This document shows positions 12,491-24,623 of a stretch of DNA of 64,000 nt, piece by piece; positions within the stretch are counted from its first letter, which is position 1; every line of letters starts with the position of its first letter. The notes beneath the pieces are model-generated. The model ran no database searches. It worked only from the letters and a program-made list of their open reading frames with translations, and was not told the DNA's origin. The stretch lies in contig NC_043022.1 of NCBI RefSeq assembly GCF_006345805.1, forward strand, positions 10,106,001 through 10,170,000, read 5' to 3'. The translations under genes were made by a program, and so were the position numbers. The stretch comes from Octopus sinensis. Taxonomy: Eukaryota.

Positions 12491-13127
12491 GGCAAAGTCG
12501 ACCTCGGCGGAATTTGAACTCAGAACGTAAACACAGACCAGACGAAATACCTTTTTCTTTACTACCCACAAAGGGCTAAACACAGAGAGGACAGACAAAC
12601 GGATTAAGTCGATTATATCGACCCCAGTGCGTAACTGGTACTTAATTTAATCGACCCCGAAGGATGAAAGGCAAAGTCGACCTCGGCGGAATTTGAACTC
12701 AGAACGTAAACACAGACCAGACGAAATACCTTTTTCTTTACTACCCACAAGGGGCTAAACACAGAGAGGACAGACAAACGGATTAAGTCGATTATATCGA
12801 CCACAGTGCGTAACTGGTACTTAATTTATCAACCCCAAAAGGATGAAAGGCAAAGTCGACCTCGGCGGAATTTGAACTCAGAACGTAAACACAGACCAGA
12901 CGAAATACCTTTTTCTTTACTATCCACAAGGGGCTAAACACAGAGAGGACAGACAAACAGATTAAGTCGATTACTTCGACTCCAGTGCGTAACTGGTACT
13001 TATTTAATCGACCCCGAAAGGATGAAAGGCAAAGTCGACCTCGGCGGAATTTGAACTCAGAATGTAACGGCAGACGAAATACGGCTACGCATTTCGCTCG
13101 GCGTGCTAACGTTTCTGTCAGCTCGCC
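12491..13127 (-). repeat. SINE-A with body tandemly repeated (179-bp period, ~3.5 units)
   Basis: ggcaaagtcgacctcggcgg at 12491, 12670, 12849, 13028; a single tRNA-like head at the right end. Confidence 0.9.
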
Positions 13128-13802
13128 ACCTTATAGAATAATATAATGGTGTCATTCTATGTTCCCATCAGAGGCCGACAGACAGCCTGCTTGTTTGTTG
13201 TAGATGGATTTAACTTGCAAATCACTTAATCACTAACCTGTTTGACTGCTGCAGTGTAGCTAGACATGATACAATATGATGTGGGCGCGCGCTCACACGT
13301 ATACATCTACATATATATGTATGTATGTGTTGCTTGTTAACAGCAAAGACTTTTGAAGACATGCGTGTACTCACGTATGAGTTGAGGTCAATGCAGCTGT
13401 GAAGGACAATTGATGTTTATAAATATCTAGAGATCGCGTCTATTTGGCTGCGCCTCTGGAAATTTTAAAAGTTTAGTGAAAATTTTAAAATTTGGTGCAG
13501 TGATATAATTTTCCACGCTGAAACTCAGGGCTAATTCTTTGGTTATTTTACCCCCATTAAAAAATTGGGTTATCTCCCCACTAAAAAGTTGAGTTTATGT
13601 GGCGACAAAAAATTGGATTAAAAGGGTTAGATCCTTTTGATTCAATACTTTATCAGATTGTTGACTTTTGGCTTCCTCAATAGGCATGATAGGAGCTGTT
13701 ATAGAAATGTTATTATTCAATAAGCTGCTTAATTTCGAACCCAGGTTCGAAATTTCCCCCAAGACACCTGAAGAAGGCTGGAGGGTATATCAACCAAAAC
13801 AA

Positions 13803-14222
13803 AGGCGGCGAGCTGGCAGAAACGATAGCACGCCGGGCGAAATGCGTAGCCGTATTTCGTCTGCCGTTACGTTGTGAGTTCAAATTCCGCCGAGGTCGAC
13901 TTTGCCTTTCATCCTTTCGGGGTCGATAAATTAAGTACCAGTTACGCACTGGGGTCGATGTAATCGACTTAATTCGTTTGTCTGTCCTTGTTTGTCCCCT
14001 CTATGTTTAGCCCCTTGTGGGTAATAAAGAAATAGGTATTTCGTCTACCGCTACGTTCTGAGTTCAAATTCCGCCGAGGTCGACTTTACCTTTCATCCTT
14101 TCGGGGTCGATAAATTAAGTACCAGTTACGCACTGGGGTCGATGTAATCGACTTAATCCGTTTGTCTGTCCTTGTTTGTCCCCTCTATGTTTAGCCCCTT
14201 GTGGGTAATAAAGAAATAGGTA
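13803..14222 (+). repeat. SINE-A with duplicated body (184-bp period)
   Basis: Head ggcgagctggcagaa, box-B-like gagttcaaattc, central gcctttcatcctttcggggtcgataaattaagtacc (recalled as Meta-domain-like); other copies near 10296, 17493, 41000, 44345-44930 (three in tandem), 50780. Confidence 0.85.
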
Positions 14223-15435
14223 TATCAACCAAAACGTTGTGTTAACAACAAACCAAGATGAGGACAAATAGCCGTCGAATGTAAATAATGTACATAATTC
14301 CTCATCATCTCTTAAATATAAAACTGTAAGATGTTTAATCTTCATTTTTCATGTTTATTAATTTTTTCGTTTTTTTTTTTTGTTTTATTGAGTGTTAAAC
14401 AATTTTTTCTGTTGGGGGAGATAAACCAATTTTTTAATGGGGATGAGAGAATCAAAAAAGTACCCATACGCCATATACCCCTCATATCTACTTTAATTTT
14501 GGGTGAATTTTCAGGAAATGTTTCTGAATTTGTATTCTACACATAGGTATTCATACAATTATGGGGAAAAAATTGACGCGTGATTTAAGGGCTCTTTAGC
14601 TAGTATATTTAGCGCATCTTACTATTACCATTTAACAAGAAAAAAAAAATGACCGCGTAAGCAGCTTGGTAATAGCTTGGCTTGTTACTATAGAAACAGA
14701 CACCTATACGTCTATGGCTTTCGATTGGCTAAAATTTCCGAGCATTTGCAGACTTTAAAAGCTATTAACTTTCTATTTATTGATTTTTGGGGGAAATGAA
14801 TTTCATAACAATGGTTACCTTACAAAACTACACCAGTACACCAAATATAAAAGCAGTTGGAACAAAAATTGAAGAAATTGAGAAGTGGCAGCCAAACATA
14901 AAAGACCCAGAGCCAGTAGTGGTGGTAATGGTGGAGGTGATGCTGCTACTACTACTACTACTGCTGCTGCGGCTGGAGGTGGTGATGTGGTAAGGAAGGT
15001 GGCGGTGGTGATGCGGTTGAGCTGCTGCTGATGGCAATGACTGACGATGATGGCAATGCTGATGATGGTGCCATTAAGACTAGTTGCAGTTTAGTCGATG
15101 GGAAGTACTTAACCGCGTGCGCGCATGCACACTCACACACACACATGATGAGATGATACATTTAATAGTCACTTAAGCATGTAATTGTGACTACGTACAG
15201 TAACAATGTCTGTCAACTTCAACGTCGTCATCATCATCATCATCATCATCATTATCATGGTGGTGGTTATTGTTGTAGTCATCTGCGTCACTATAACGTC
15301 ATGACCTTTTTCTAAATGATTTCCTTGAGGAGGAAATCCGACATTTTAAAAAAAAACTAGACATTACCATTGGTCTATTAATTGTTTGAATTATTCATAA
15401 TAGGTGTGTGTGTGTATTTATATACACACACACAC

Positions 15436-15688
15436 CAGGCTATCAGATGTTGCTACACATCGCTGGTCACAATGCGCTTCGTATTGTTTTAGCCTTCAAA
15501 TGACGCCACCCCGCTGGCTAAGCAACAGAAGAAAGAGTGAGAAAGAGCACAGCAGGGATCGCCCCCCCCCCCTGTCGGAGCATCGTGGAGCTTTAGGTGT
15601 TTTCGCTCAATAAACGCTCACAACGCCTGGTCTGGGAATCGAAACCGCGAGTCCGCTTCCCTAACCACCAGGCCATTGCGCCTCTACA
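15436..15688 (-). mobile_element. SINE-C variant (tRNA-like head)
   Basis: Minus-strand head gtagaggcgcaatggcctggtggttaggg...ggtttcgattccc. Confidence 0.7.
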
Positions 15689-15702
15689 CACAGGAGGAAC
15701 AA

Positions 15703-15867
15703 GAGTGGCTGTGTGGTAAGTAGCTTGCTTCCCAACCACATGGTTCCGGGCTCAGTCCTACCACATGGTACCTTGGGCAAGTGTCTTCTACTATAGCCTC
15801 GGGCCGATTAAAGCCTTGTGAGTGAATTTGGTAGACGGAAACTGATAGCAGCTTGTCGTATGTATGC

Positions 15868-15935
<68 letters not shown>

Positions 15936-16141
15936 GTGTTTGTCACACACGCCCGCCACCCTCGCTTGGCAACCGATGCTGGTGTGTTTACGTCCCCACA
16001 ACTTGGCGGTTCGGCAAAAGAGATGGATAGAATAGGTACTTGGTTTACAAGAATAAGGCCTGGGGTCGATTTGTTCGACTAAAGGCGGTGCTCCAGCATG
16101 GGTGCAGTCAAATGACTGGAACAACTAAAAGAAGAAAAGAA
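15703..16141 (+). mobile_element. SINE-B with internal (TA)n
   Basis: Head gagtggctgtgtggtaag...ggttccgggctcagtcc; tail ctccagcatgg...gtcaaatgactg; copies at 17093-17481 (-), 24827-25220, 34952-35321, 36787-37478, 47520-47855, 53820-54040 (-), 59476-59630. Confidence 0.85.
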
Positions 16142-16270
16142 TATGGTACTTAAGTTAAAGGCACCAGAATTTAGTATGGTATTATCCATATAATTCAAAA
16201 TGGGGTGATTATAATCAAAATAAGCAACAAGGATATCCTTGTTGCTTATTTTGATTATATATATATATAT

Positions 16271-16952
16271 AGCAATAATAATTCTCTAAATGAGATATAG
16301 ACAGTGACTGCTCCATAACATAAGGGACATTAGCCAACCGAATATGGCTAGGGACAGGGCAGGGTGGTGGGGGTGTCACTGTTGCATTTAGCCCCAGGTG
16401 AATATCAACGTCACCAGATAGGCCGACGCCATCACGGCGTCCTCTATCTTGCAAAGGGAGATCATTCCCCACGAGGACGCCGTGGTGGCGTCGGCCTATC
16501 TGGTGACGTTGATGTTCGCCTGGGTCTAAATGCAACAGTGACACCCCCACCACCCTGCCCTGTCTCTAGCCATATTCGGTTGGCTAATGTCCCTTATGTT
16601 ATGGAGCAGTCACTGTCTATATCTCATTTAGAGAATTATTATTGCTGTCGAACAGATTTTCGAAATCAGTAAATGTATTTACTTGAAAATCTTTATATAT
16701 ATCTTGCACTGTGAGTTGTTCGTCGAGAAGCGGTGCCTACCATACGTTGATAATAGGCAATACACCTTGAAACCTAGGTCCGTATGTGGCATCCGCTTCT
16801 TGGGGAATGATCTCCCTTTGCAAGATAGAGGACGCCGTGATGGTGTCGGCCTATCTGGTGACGTTGATGTTCGCTTGGGGCTAAATGCAACAGTGACACC
16901 CCACCACCCTGCCCTGTCCCTAGCCATATTCGGTTGGCTAATGTCCCTTATG

Positions 16953-16956
<4 letters not shown>
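16271..16956. repeat. Foldback inverted repeat with a third inverted copy
   Basis: 174-bp arms 16271-16444 and 16473-16646, 28-nt loop; 16801-16956 is the reverse complement of about 16316-16471. Confidence 0.92.
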
Positions 16957-17013
<57 letters not shown>

Positions 17014-17777
17014 GATCATCATTGTCGTTTTTAAATTCCTGTTTCTTTTTTATGTTGCTTGCTTCGGTTGGGCAAACTTGTATAAAACCGGATATTCTCT
17101 TTTACTCGTTTGCTTGTTTCAGTCATGTGACTGTGGCCATACTGGAGCACCGCTTTTGTCGAGCAAATCGACCCCAGGACTTATTCTTCGTAAGCCTAGT
17201 ACTTATTCTGTCGGTTTCTTTTGCCGAACCGCTAAGTTACGGGGACGTAAACACACCAGCATCGGTCGTCAAGCGATATTAGCGGGGACTAACACATACA
17301 CATATATATATACATATATACGACGGGCTTCTTTCAGTTTCTCTACCAAATCCACTCACATGGCTTTGGTCGGCCCGAGGCTATAGTAGAAGACACTTGC
17401 CGAAGGTACCAGGCAGTGGGACTGAACCCGGAACCATGTGGTTGGTAAGCTAGCTACTTACCACACAGCCACTCCTACGCCTTTTACAGTTTAAGGTAGT
17501 GAGCTGGCAGAATCGTTAGCACGCCTGGCAAAATTTTTAATGACATCTCATCCGTCTTTACGTTCTGAGTTCGAATTCTCCTGAGAGTGACCTTACTTTC
17601 CATCCTTTCACGGTCGATGAATTAGTTAGCAGTTGAGCACTAGGATCAACTTATCCCCGCCCTCGAAATTGCTGGCCTTGTGCCAAAATTTGAAACCATA
17701 AGTTACCTTTACAATTAGGAAAATTCATAGAAAAAAAAAAGGATAACTCAGTAGAGTCTGTTGCAAAGAAATAAAAT

Positions 17778-18190
17778 GGATCTTTTCGGTTTGAACGACA
17801 GTTTTTAAAAATAATTTCCACGTAACTAAACACTTTTAGACTTGATATACTGGTAGAATGTGTTTGTAAAACATCTTTTTCTCGTGGCTTTATTGAGAAA
17901 AATTCTATAGTTTGTAAGATATTTATTGCTTTTTTTTCTTCAGTTTCTGCAATTTCAACCAATCAATGACGTCCATTGAGGTAAAAAAAATTCTGCGCCG
18001 TATGAATATGTCCCTCGTTTAAGAACCAGATTGGATTTATTTACATTTGTGAAGAAAAAAAGATACCCTTCCCCCACCCCTAACCCTAACCCAGATTGAA
18101 ATGCAATAGATCGATACTAGGGTCATAATTATGGGTGACAATTTCATATGACACCGCTAGAAAAAACTGCCGTTCAAACCGAAAAGATCC
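17778..18190. mobile_element. MITE, 413 bp, ~29-bp TIR
   Basis: GGATCTTTTCGGTTTGAACGACAGTTTTT / AAAAACTGCCGTTCAAACCGAAAAGATCC; TAAAAT on both flanks. Confidence 0.85.
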
Positions 18191-18410
18191 TAAAATTTTA
18201 TTAGAAACATCAAAACATTTCCATTGACTGCATGCAACCTGCAGAGTGATTATGTTTTTTTTTTTTCTGAATCTTTCAAATTACGAATGGAATTCATGGA
18301 CACTCTCTCTCTATATATAGATGTGTGTTTTACAAAGTGTACTGGATGCTTTTTATGTGGCACCAGCAAGACAAGACCTTGGTGACCTTACTACTGCAGG
18401 AAGCTTATTA

Positions 18411-18655
18411 TGTTCCTTCTTGAGCCGTGTCTGGCTCATAAGAGCCGGTTTCCCGGTTTCTTTGGCGTATAGGTTCCCCACCTGGACGGGAGAGAGAAAG
18501 TTGTGGCGAAAGAATCAGCAGAAGTTCGCCATTACCTTCTGCCGGAGCCGCGTGGAGCTTAGGTGTTTCGCTCATAAACACACACACACATCGCCCGATC
18601 TGAGATTCGAACTCGCGAGTCCGATGCTGTAATCACTAGGCCATGTGCCTCCACA
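18411..18655 (-). mobile_element. SINE-C with 14-bp TSD
   Basis: TSD CAGGAAGCTTATTA at 18397-18410 and 18656-18669. Confidence 0.88.
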
Positions 18656-19829
18656 CAGGAAGCTTATTACGTGCGAAACCACTGGTCATTCTATGACAGG
18701 CCATATAATTAGCTTCTTGTAAATACATTACTGCTCTAACGTATAGAGTGTCCTTCTTTAGTATGAGACTTCAAAAAACAAGGACTAGGGGCGATTTATT
18801 TGACTACAATTCCTCAGTATGGTGCTCCTGGTGATTTCATCGTGTCACACACATGAGCGCATAACTAGTGATGGGCGATAAGATAAGGTCACTTGGGTAA
18901 GGAATGACCACACTTCTTTTCTCTTTTAATAACGCTTGTTGTTCTTGTTCTTGTTTCAACCATGGCTGTCTCTGCGTAGTTATTTGTATTGTTGTTTACT
19001 TTGTGCATCTAGTACTCCTTTACATAAATATGTACACTGGTTAGTTTGTGTGAGATGGACTTGAACATCATACAAAAACCACAACTATATAGTGTACAGC
19101 AAAAAATGAAAGCTTTAGTTTTAAAGTTTGTGTCAAAGTTGAGGTTAATCCGAGAAAAAAAAAGACATTATTTTACGGAAATGTATTATGACTTTCTCCG
19201 ATGGTGTCCATAAAGGCCTTGTGTGCTTTTTTACAATGTATTATTTATCATATACAAAACTTAGAACTATATAGTATATAGCATATGAAATCCTTAGTTT
19301 TACAGACTGTGTCAAAGTGGAGTTCATTCGGAAAAGTAAATATTTTACGCAAAATATGGCATTTTTGTCAAGGAAAGCCGTGATTTAAGGATAGATATTC
19401 TACAATGTGAAACCGAAAGCAAGCGCATCAGTTGTATTTGTTCCATAAATGTGTTTAATATCCTCTCGAATTAATAAGTACACATTCATTAAAGAACGAG
19501 CATGCTAGACTATAATTTGTTTTTAAAAATGTGATTAAGATGTTTTAACTATTCAAGATCAATTTTTACAAAATTTGCGTAAAAAACAGCCAGTCACGAC
19601 TGTTTGAAAACCCAGTATTCAATTCGGCTGATATCAAACGAAAAAATAAAAATCTTAGGGATGTAATCCTGAAAGTAGCAAAAAAGTATTTGTAAAGATA
19701 AATATTTTGACAGAATGAGGACATCTTGCTTTTTTTTATGTTTAAAACCGAATTAAATTTTAAATACTGGCCCTTTAATCTATAAAATCGGGGCATTGCA
19801 CTGAAAAAAAAATCAGAAATTTCTCTAAA

Positions 19830-21245
19830 TTTGAATATAATTTTGTATAAACTAAAGCTATGTGAGCCAAAGAAAACAACAAAAAGAGCACAAGGAAAAC
19901 ACAATTTCACAAAAATTGGAAGTGTTGAATCACAAGAAATAGAACCCGTTGGCGATACAAGAGTAACTGAAGAAGAAATTCAAAATGCCAATAGGAGTTA
20001 TGAAGAGTATTCTAAAGAACGAATCCAAATACGAGCAAAAAAAAAAAAAGAGATCACCAAGGAAAGAATAATTTAGTAAATCCGATTGTTACAAAAGCTA
20101 TCTGCGATCCACTTCATGAGTGGATTCAGAATTCAAGCTTCACAAACGTGGAGGACACGGTTTAAAGAAAATTTCGGCATAAAATCAAAGACAATTTCCG
20201 GAGAAGAAATAAATCCCTTTGTAATAAAGAACTCATTCTCTTATTTTTTTTTAAATCTCCAAAATACTCCCCACAAGATATTTTTAATTACGATGAAACA
20301 AGGCTTTTGTATAAATGTCCTCCCAAAAATACATTGGTTCTCAACAGAGAAGAACGAACCTCGGGAATATTTTCAAAAGATCGCATTACAATAGTTTTCT
20401 GTGTGTATGGTGGGAAAATAATGCCTCTTATAATCGGTAAATTCAAATCTCCGCAGGGTTTTATAAATATTAACATGGAAGCTTTTGGACTAGAATATAC
20501 TCGTAGTGGAAAACCTTGGATGATTGGTTGAAAAGGCTTAATGAAAAAATGGTTACAGATAATAGGAAAATACTTCTTTTGTTCGACAATGCCGCCGTCC
20601 ATTACATCGATATCAATTTGAGCAATATAAAACTACATTATTTGCTGGCGAATTGCACATCAAAAATACAGCCTATTGATCAAGGTATTATCCATTCTCT
20701 TACAGAAAGATTTTCTTAGGGAATTTAAGTATGATAAACGAGGAAGATATTAATTTCATTGACCAGATAAGAAATTCAAGTTATTCAATAATGGCCTTCT
20801 CCTTATAATTGAGGCATGGAGTTTTGTTCCAGTCGATACAATAAAAAATTGTTTGAATCATGTCTTCAAAAATTGGGAAGGAACAAATAAAAGTACTGAA
20901 TTGCCGGCCAGAAACATGGATGTTAGGGAAAATTCAATCGAAATTGATGAAGAAACAGCATTCTATGATAGTTTAAATCTACCTGTCAATGCTGACAATA
21001 ATCTACAAGATGAAATTTTCATAGAGAAACTTGTTATCAATGGCGAGCAAGAAATTTTTGATGAATCGGAAAATCAAACAAAGGAAAGGGAAAAAATCGG
21101 TTTCTCCGATGCAGTTTATCATCTTGAACAGTTAGAAAAAATTTTCTTACAGGAAAATGGAAAAAAAGTGAAAAGAGGTTGCTATCTTGGGGAGAATTTT
21201 ATTCGAAATGAAAAAAAGGAAGTCAGTCAAGATAGAAAAAAATAA
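19830..21245 (+). pseudogene. Frameshifted Tigger/pogo (TIGD-like) DDE transposase
   Basis: CENP-B HTH-like FRIQASQTWRTRFKENFGIKSKTISGE; FNYDETRLLYK; SKDRITIVFC; RKILLLFDNAAVH...CTSKIQPIDQGII; putative right TIR about 21403-21424 followed by TA. Confidence 0.88.
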
Positions 21246-21461
21246 TAATTTTTATCATTTTCCATTTAAAACCCTAACTATAGTTTAAATAAAAGAAATG
21301 AGTGCGTTGTATTATAACAAGCAATAAATTATACTTTACTGTATTTTTCAATTTTCGTTAAATTCATTTAATAAAAATGATTTTTTGGCCTTCGTGTTGT
21401 TTTCGTTAAATGAGAATTTGACAGTATATTATAGATGCAGTATACTGCATCTATATACATA

Positions 21462-21536
<75 letters not shown>

Positions 21537-22538
21537 CACATATATATAAATAATAATTATTATTTCAGGGAATAAAAGATGGAAGATTATATATATATAT
21601 ATATATATATATAGGATAATTCATTCATCCATTGAAATATTCTTATATATATAGATACACACAGATGAAAGATAAATATTATTAAATAAATACAGCATAT
21701 GTTTTTATGATTTGCTAATAGTTTCATGTGATGAAAACGACCAAGTTAGCATTTTTATAGGTTTAATGTCTTCAGGCAATTCTCGGGCTTTGCCCACAGA
21801 GCATAACAAGCAAAAACTGGACGACAGAATAAAAAGAAAATTCGAGAAAAGGCGAGAAGGGAGTAGATGTAAAAAGATGGACGGTTGAAAACCCCAGAAG
21901 ACGAAAATGAAAAAAGAAAACGGGAAAGAATTAAAGCTATATTTTCTTTGACTATAAAGTCATAAGGCCGAAAGATAGTTGTTTTTAGATCTAAGGACTC
22001 CACTGTGCTGCTAAATTCCAGATCTGAACTTTTCAACGGTCTTTTCCGCTCTTTTCAATCTTCCATCTTTTTCGTCCATTTTCTTTCTCGCCCTTTCTCG
22101 TCTTGTTTTAAGGTTGTGATCCATGTTGGCGGATTTTGAGGTTAGTGGTTTATTCTTTTGTTTTACGTTTTATTCATGACTGTTTTTTGATTTTACTTAA
22201 CGTGATTTTCTTATTTACTTAAAACTTATTTCATTTGCCTTTTATTTCTTTGTAAATCAATTTGTTCATCATTTTAACTCAAGTTTTCTCGTGTATGCGA
22301 GTAGCTACAGACAACTACCAAAATGTATTCTAATCAAAATAACCGAAACGGATTTTTAAAGAATTAGTTGCAAATGGTACATTTGCATCGAATGATGCAC
22401 CACGACTAATTGCACAGTATCTCACACGCGAGGGACTGCTGCTCGATGGGTGAAAACGATCGTAGTGATTAATAAAGAATCTCGTGAATTCCATTTACAT
22501 TCTCTTTCTCTCATCTGTCACACACACACACACACATA

Positions 22539-23387
22539 TAAGGTCTGATCAATAAGTATCCGGACTGTTGTCAGTTACGAAACGAAAGTATACAGAATGA
22601 AACAGCTTGGCAATGATTGACCTTAAACTCTGCTGTCCACGAGCACTATTTTTTAACGTTCCTGCTCACTTCTGTGTTTGCAGCAGTGCTTTGAAGGAAG
22701 GTGTGTAGCGTGTGATCGTCGCATTGACCCTGACAGAAAGTTGTCATGTCGGTACCTGCTGAGAGGCACACGCAAAATTGCAGAAAGGGTATGAGCCACG
22801 CACAAGTGTACAAGTGGTTCAGACGTTTCCAAGATGGCCGAAAAATGTCAATATTGACGAACATTCAGGGAGACCTACAACCAGCAGAACTGAGAAAAAC
22901 ATTCGCAGATGTGCGTGTAGCTATGAGGGGAAAATGTTAAATCATCCATCCGTGAGTTATCAGAGGATGTGCAGAATAGTTACGGTCCAGTTCAGTCCAT
23001 TATCACTGAAGATTTGGGTATGAGACATGTCTGCCAAGTTTGTGCTTTTAGCTGATCAAAAATATACTCAGGTTTCAATTGTACAAGTCCTTCAGTGTAT
23101 CAAGAATGATGAAAACTTTGCATAGACTTCTGAGCAGGTATCGCTAAGCTTTTGGCAAAATTTGATGCAGATTCTCTGCTCAACTTTCTGTGTCATAATG
23201 TGACAATCACATGCTACACATGTTCCTTCGAAACACTGCTGTAAACAACAGAAGTGATCTAGAATGTTAAACTTAGTGCGTATGCACAGTAGAGTTTGAG
23301 GTCAATCTGTACCAAGTGGCTTTATTCTACATGCTTTAGCTTTGTTACTATGGCAACAGTCCAGATACTTATTGCTCAGGCCACTTG
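22539..23387 (+). mobile_element. Internally deleted mariner element
   Basis: TIRs (T)AAGGTCTGATCAATAAGTATCCGGACT / AGTCCAGATACTTATTGCTCAGGCCACTTG, TA on both flanks; HTH fragments MSHAQVYKWFRRFQDGRK and DEHSGRPTTSRTEKNI. Confidence 0.87.
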
Positions 23388-24414
23388 TATCTTTATCTAT
23401 AAAAGGCAGAATGTATGTGTGTGTGTACACGAATGTATTTTATGTACGTCCACTAATTAGCATGCATGTTGCTCCAATTTTATGAAGACATTGGTCACAA
23501 TCATGGCTGTGTTTTTGTCAACTTAATTTTCCCTGAGGCACCCTCGGATAGCATTAAAAATCGATTTTCAACCGTAACTTTTACCAATTCTCACGTCGGT
23601 GAAATCCGTTGAGTTTGTTAACATGAGTTAAGTCCCCTGTCTTGCAATGGCAAAAAAGTATTTTACAGAAAAACAAAGATGAACCACTCTGAAAGAAACG
23701 TATATATAGTTTTAATTTTTCTATATATTTCATTTTAAATGAAATTTTGAATGTTAGATAATTAATGTTGGTTTATTCAATTAGAAAACAAAACCTAATG
23801 ATGATGTAATTAGCAACTAGCACATTTTGTTTCTTAGCTTTTGCTTGCTTTTATATTTAAATTCTTTACTTGTCTGTTGTGGTTATGTAGAGTATTTGCG
23901 TTCAAATTTTTTTTTTTATTTCTGTTCGCTAGAAACTTCACAACAAACTTTGTTCAGCCACAACATTCTTTCCATTCATTTTTGTTTATGAAATGCTCTG
24001 TACGTACTTTTGCTTTCTCGGTGATCGAAGCAAATCGATGACTTTGTGTTGTAGTCGTTTTTCTTCCTATGTGATTTAAAGCATTTTTTAATATGTGGTA
24101 TTTCAACATTAGAAATGAGTTCTGAACATGCTATTCAAGTTCGCTGAAACTTATCTCTTGCCATAAAATCTTCGATGGTATAATGATACCAAAAATAAAT
24201 CACTGCTTCAATTCCCACCTCAAAAAAAAAAACAAAACAAAACAAAACCCTACCATCCAATGAGTGGAACACCTCAAACAGCACATTTTCACTCAAAACA
24301 ACTCAAATGGGTTAAAGAGTACAAGCATCACAACAACAATAACACCAAGTGTGTGTGTGTGTGTGTGTAGACTTACAATATACCTATTGTTAGAAAAATT
24401 TTACACAATCACTC

Positions 24415-24514
24415 NNNNNNNNNNNNNNNNNNNNNNNNNNNNNNNNNNNNNNNNNNNNNNNNNNNNNNNNNNNNNNNNNNNNNNNNNNNNNNNNNNNNNN
24501 NNNNNNNNNNNNNN
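24415..24514. other. Assembly gap (100 N)
   Basis: Run of exactly 100 N next to a (TA)n microsatellite. Confidence 1.
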
Positions 24515-24554
24515 TTATTTATATATATATTATATTATATATATTATATATATA

Positions 24555-24623
<69 letters not shown>

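Noticed and set aside
14787-15161. Ser/Val/Leu-rich ORFs
   Set aside because: Trinucleotide repeats (GGT, CTA, GAT); no domain
16215-16988. Three mutually similar 80-112 aa ORFs
   Set aside because: The similarity is a by-product of the inverted repeat; no homology recognised
18081-18092. taaccctaaccc as an interstitial telomere
   Set aside because: Only two units, inside a MITE
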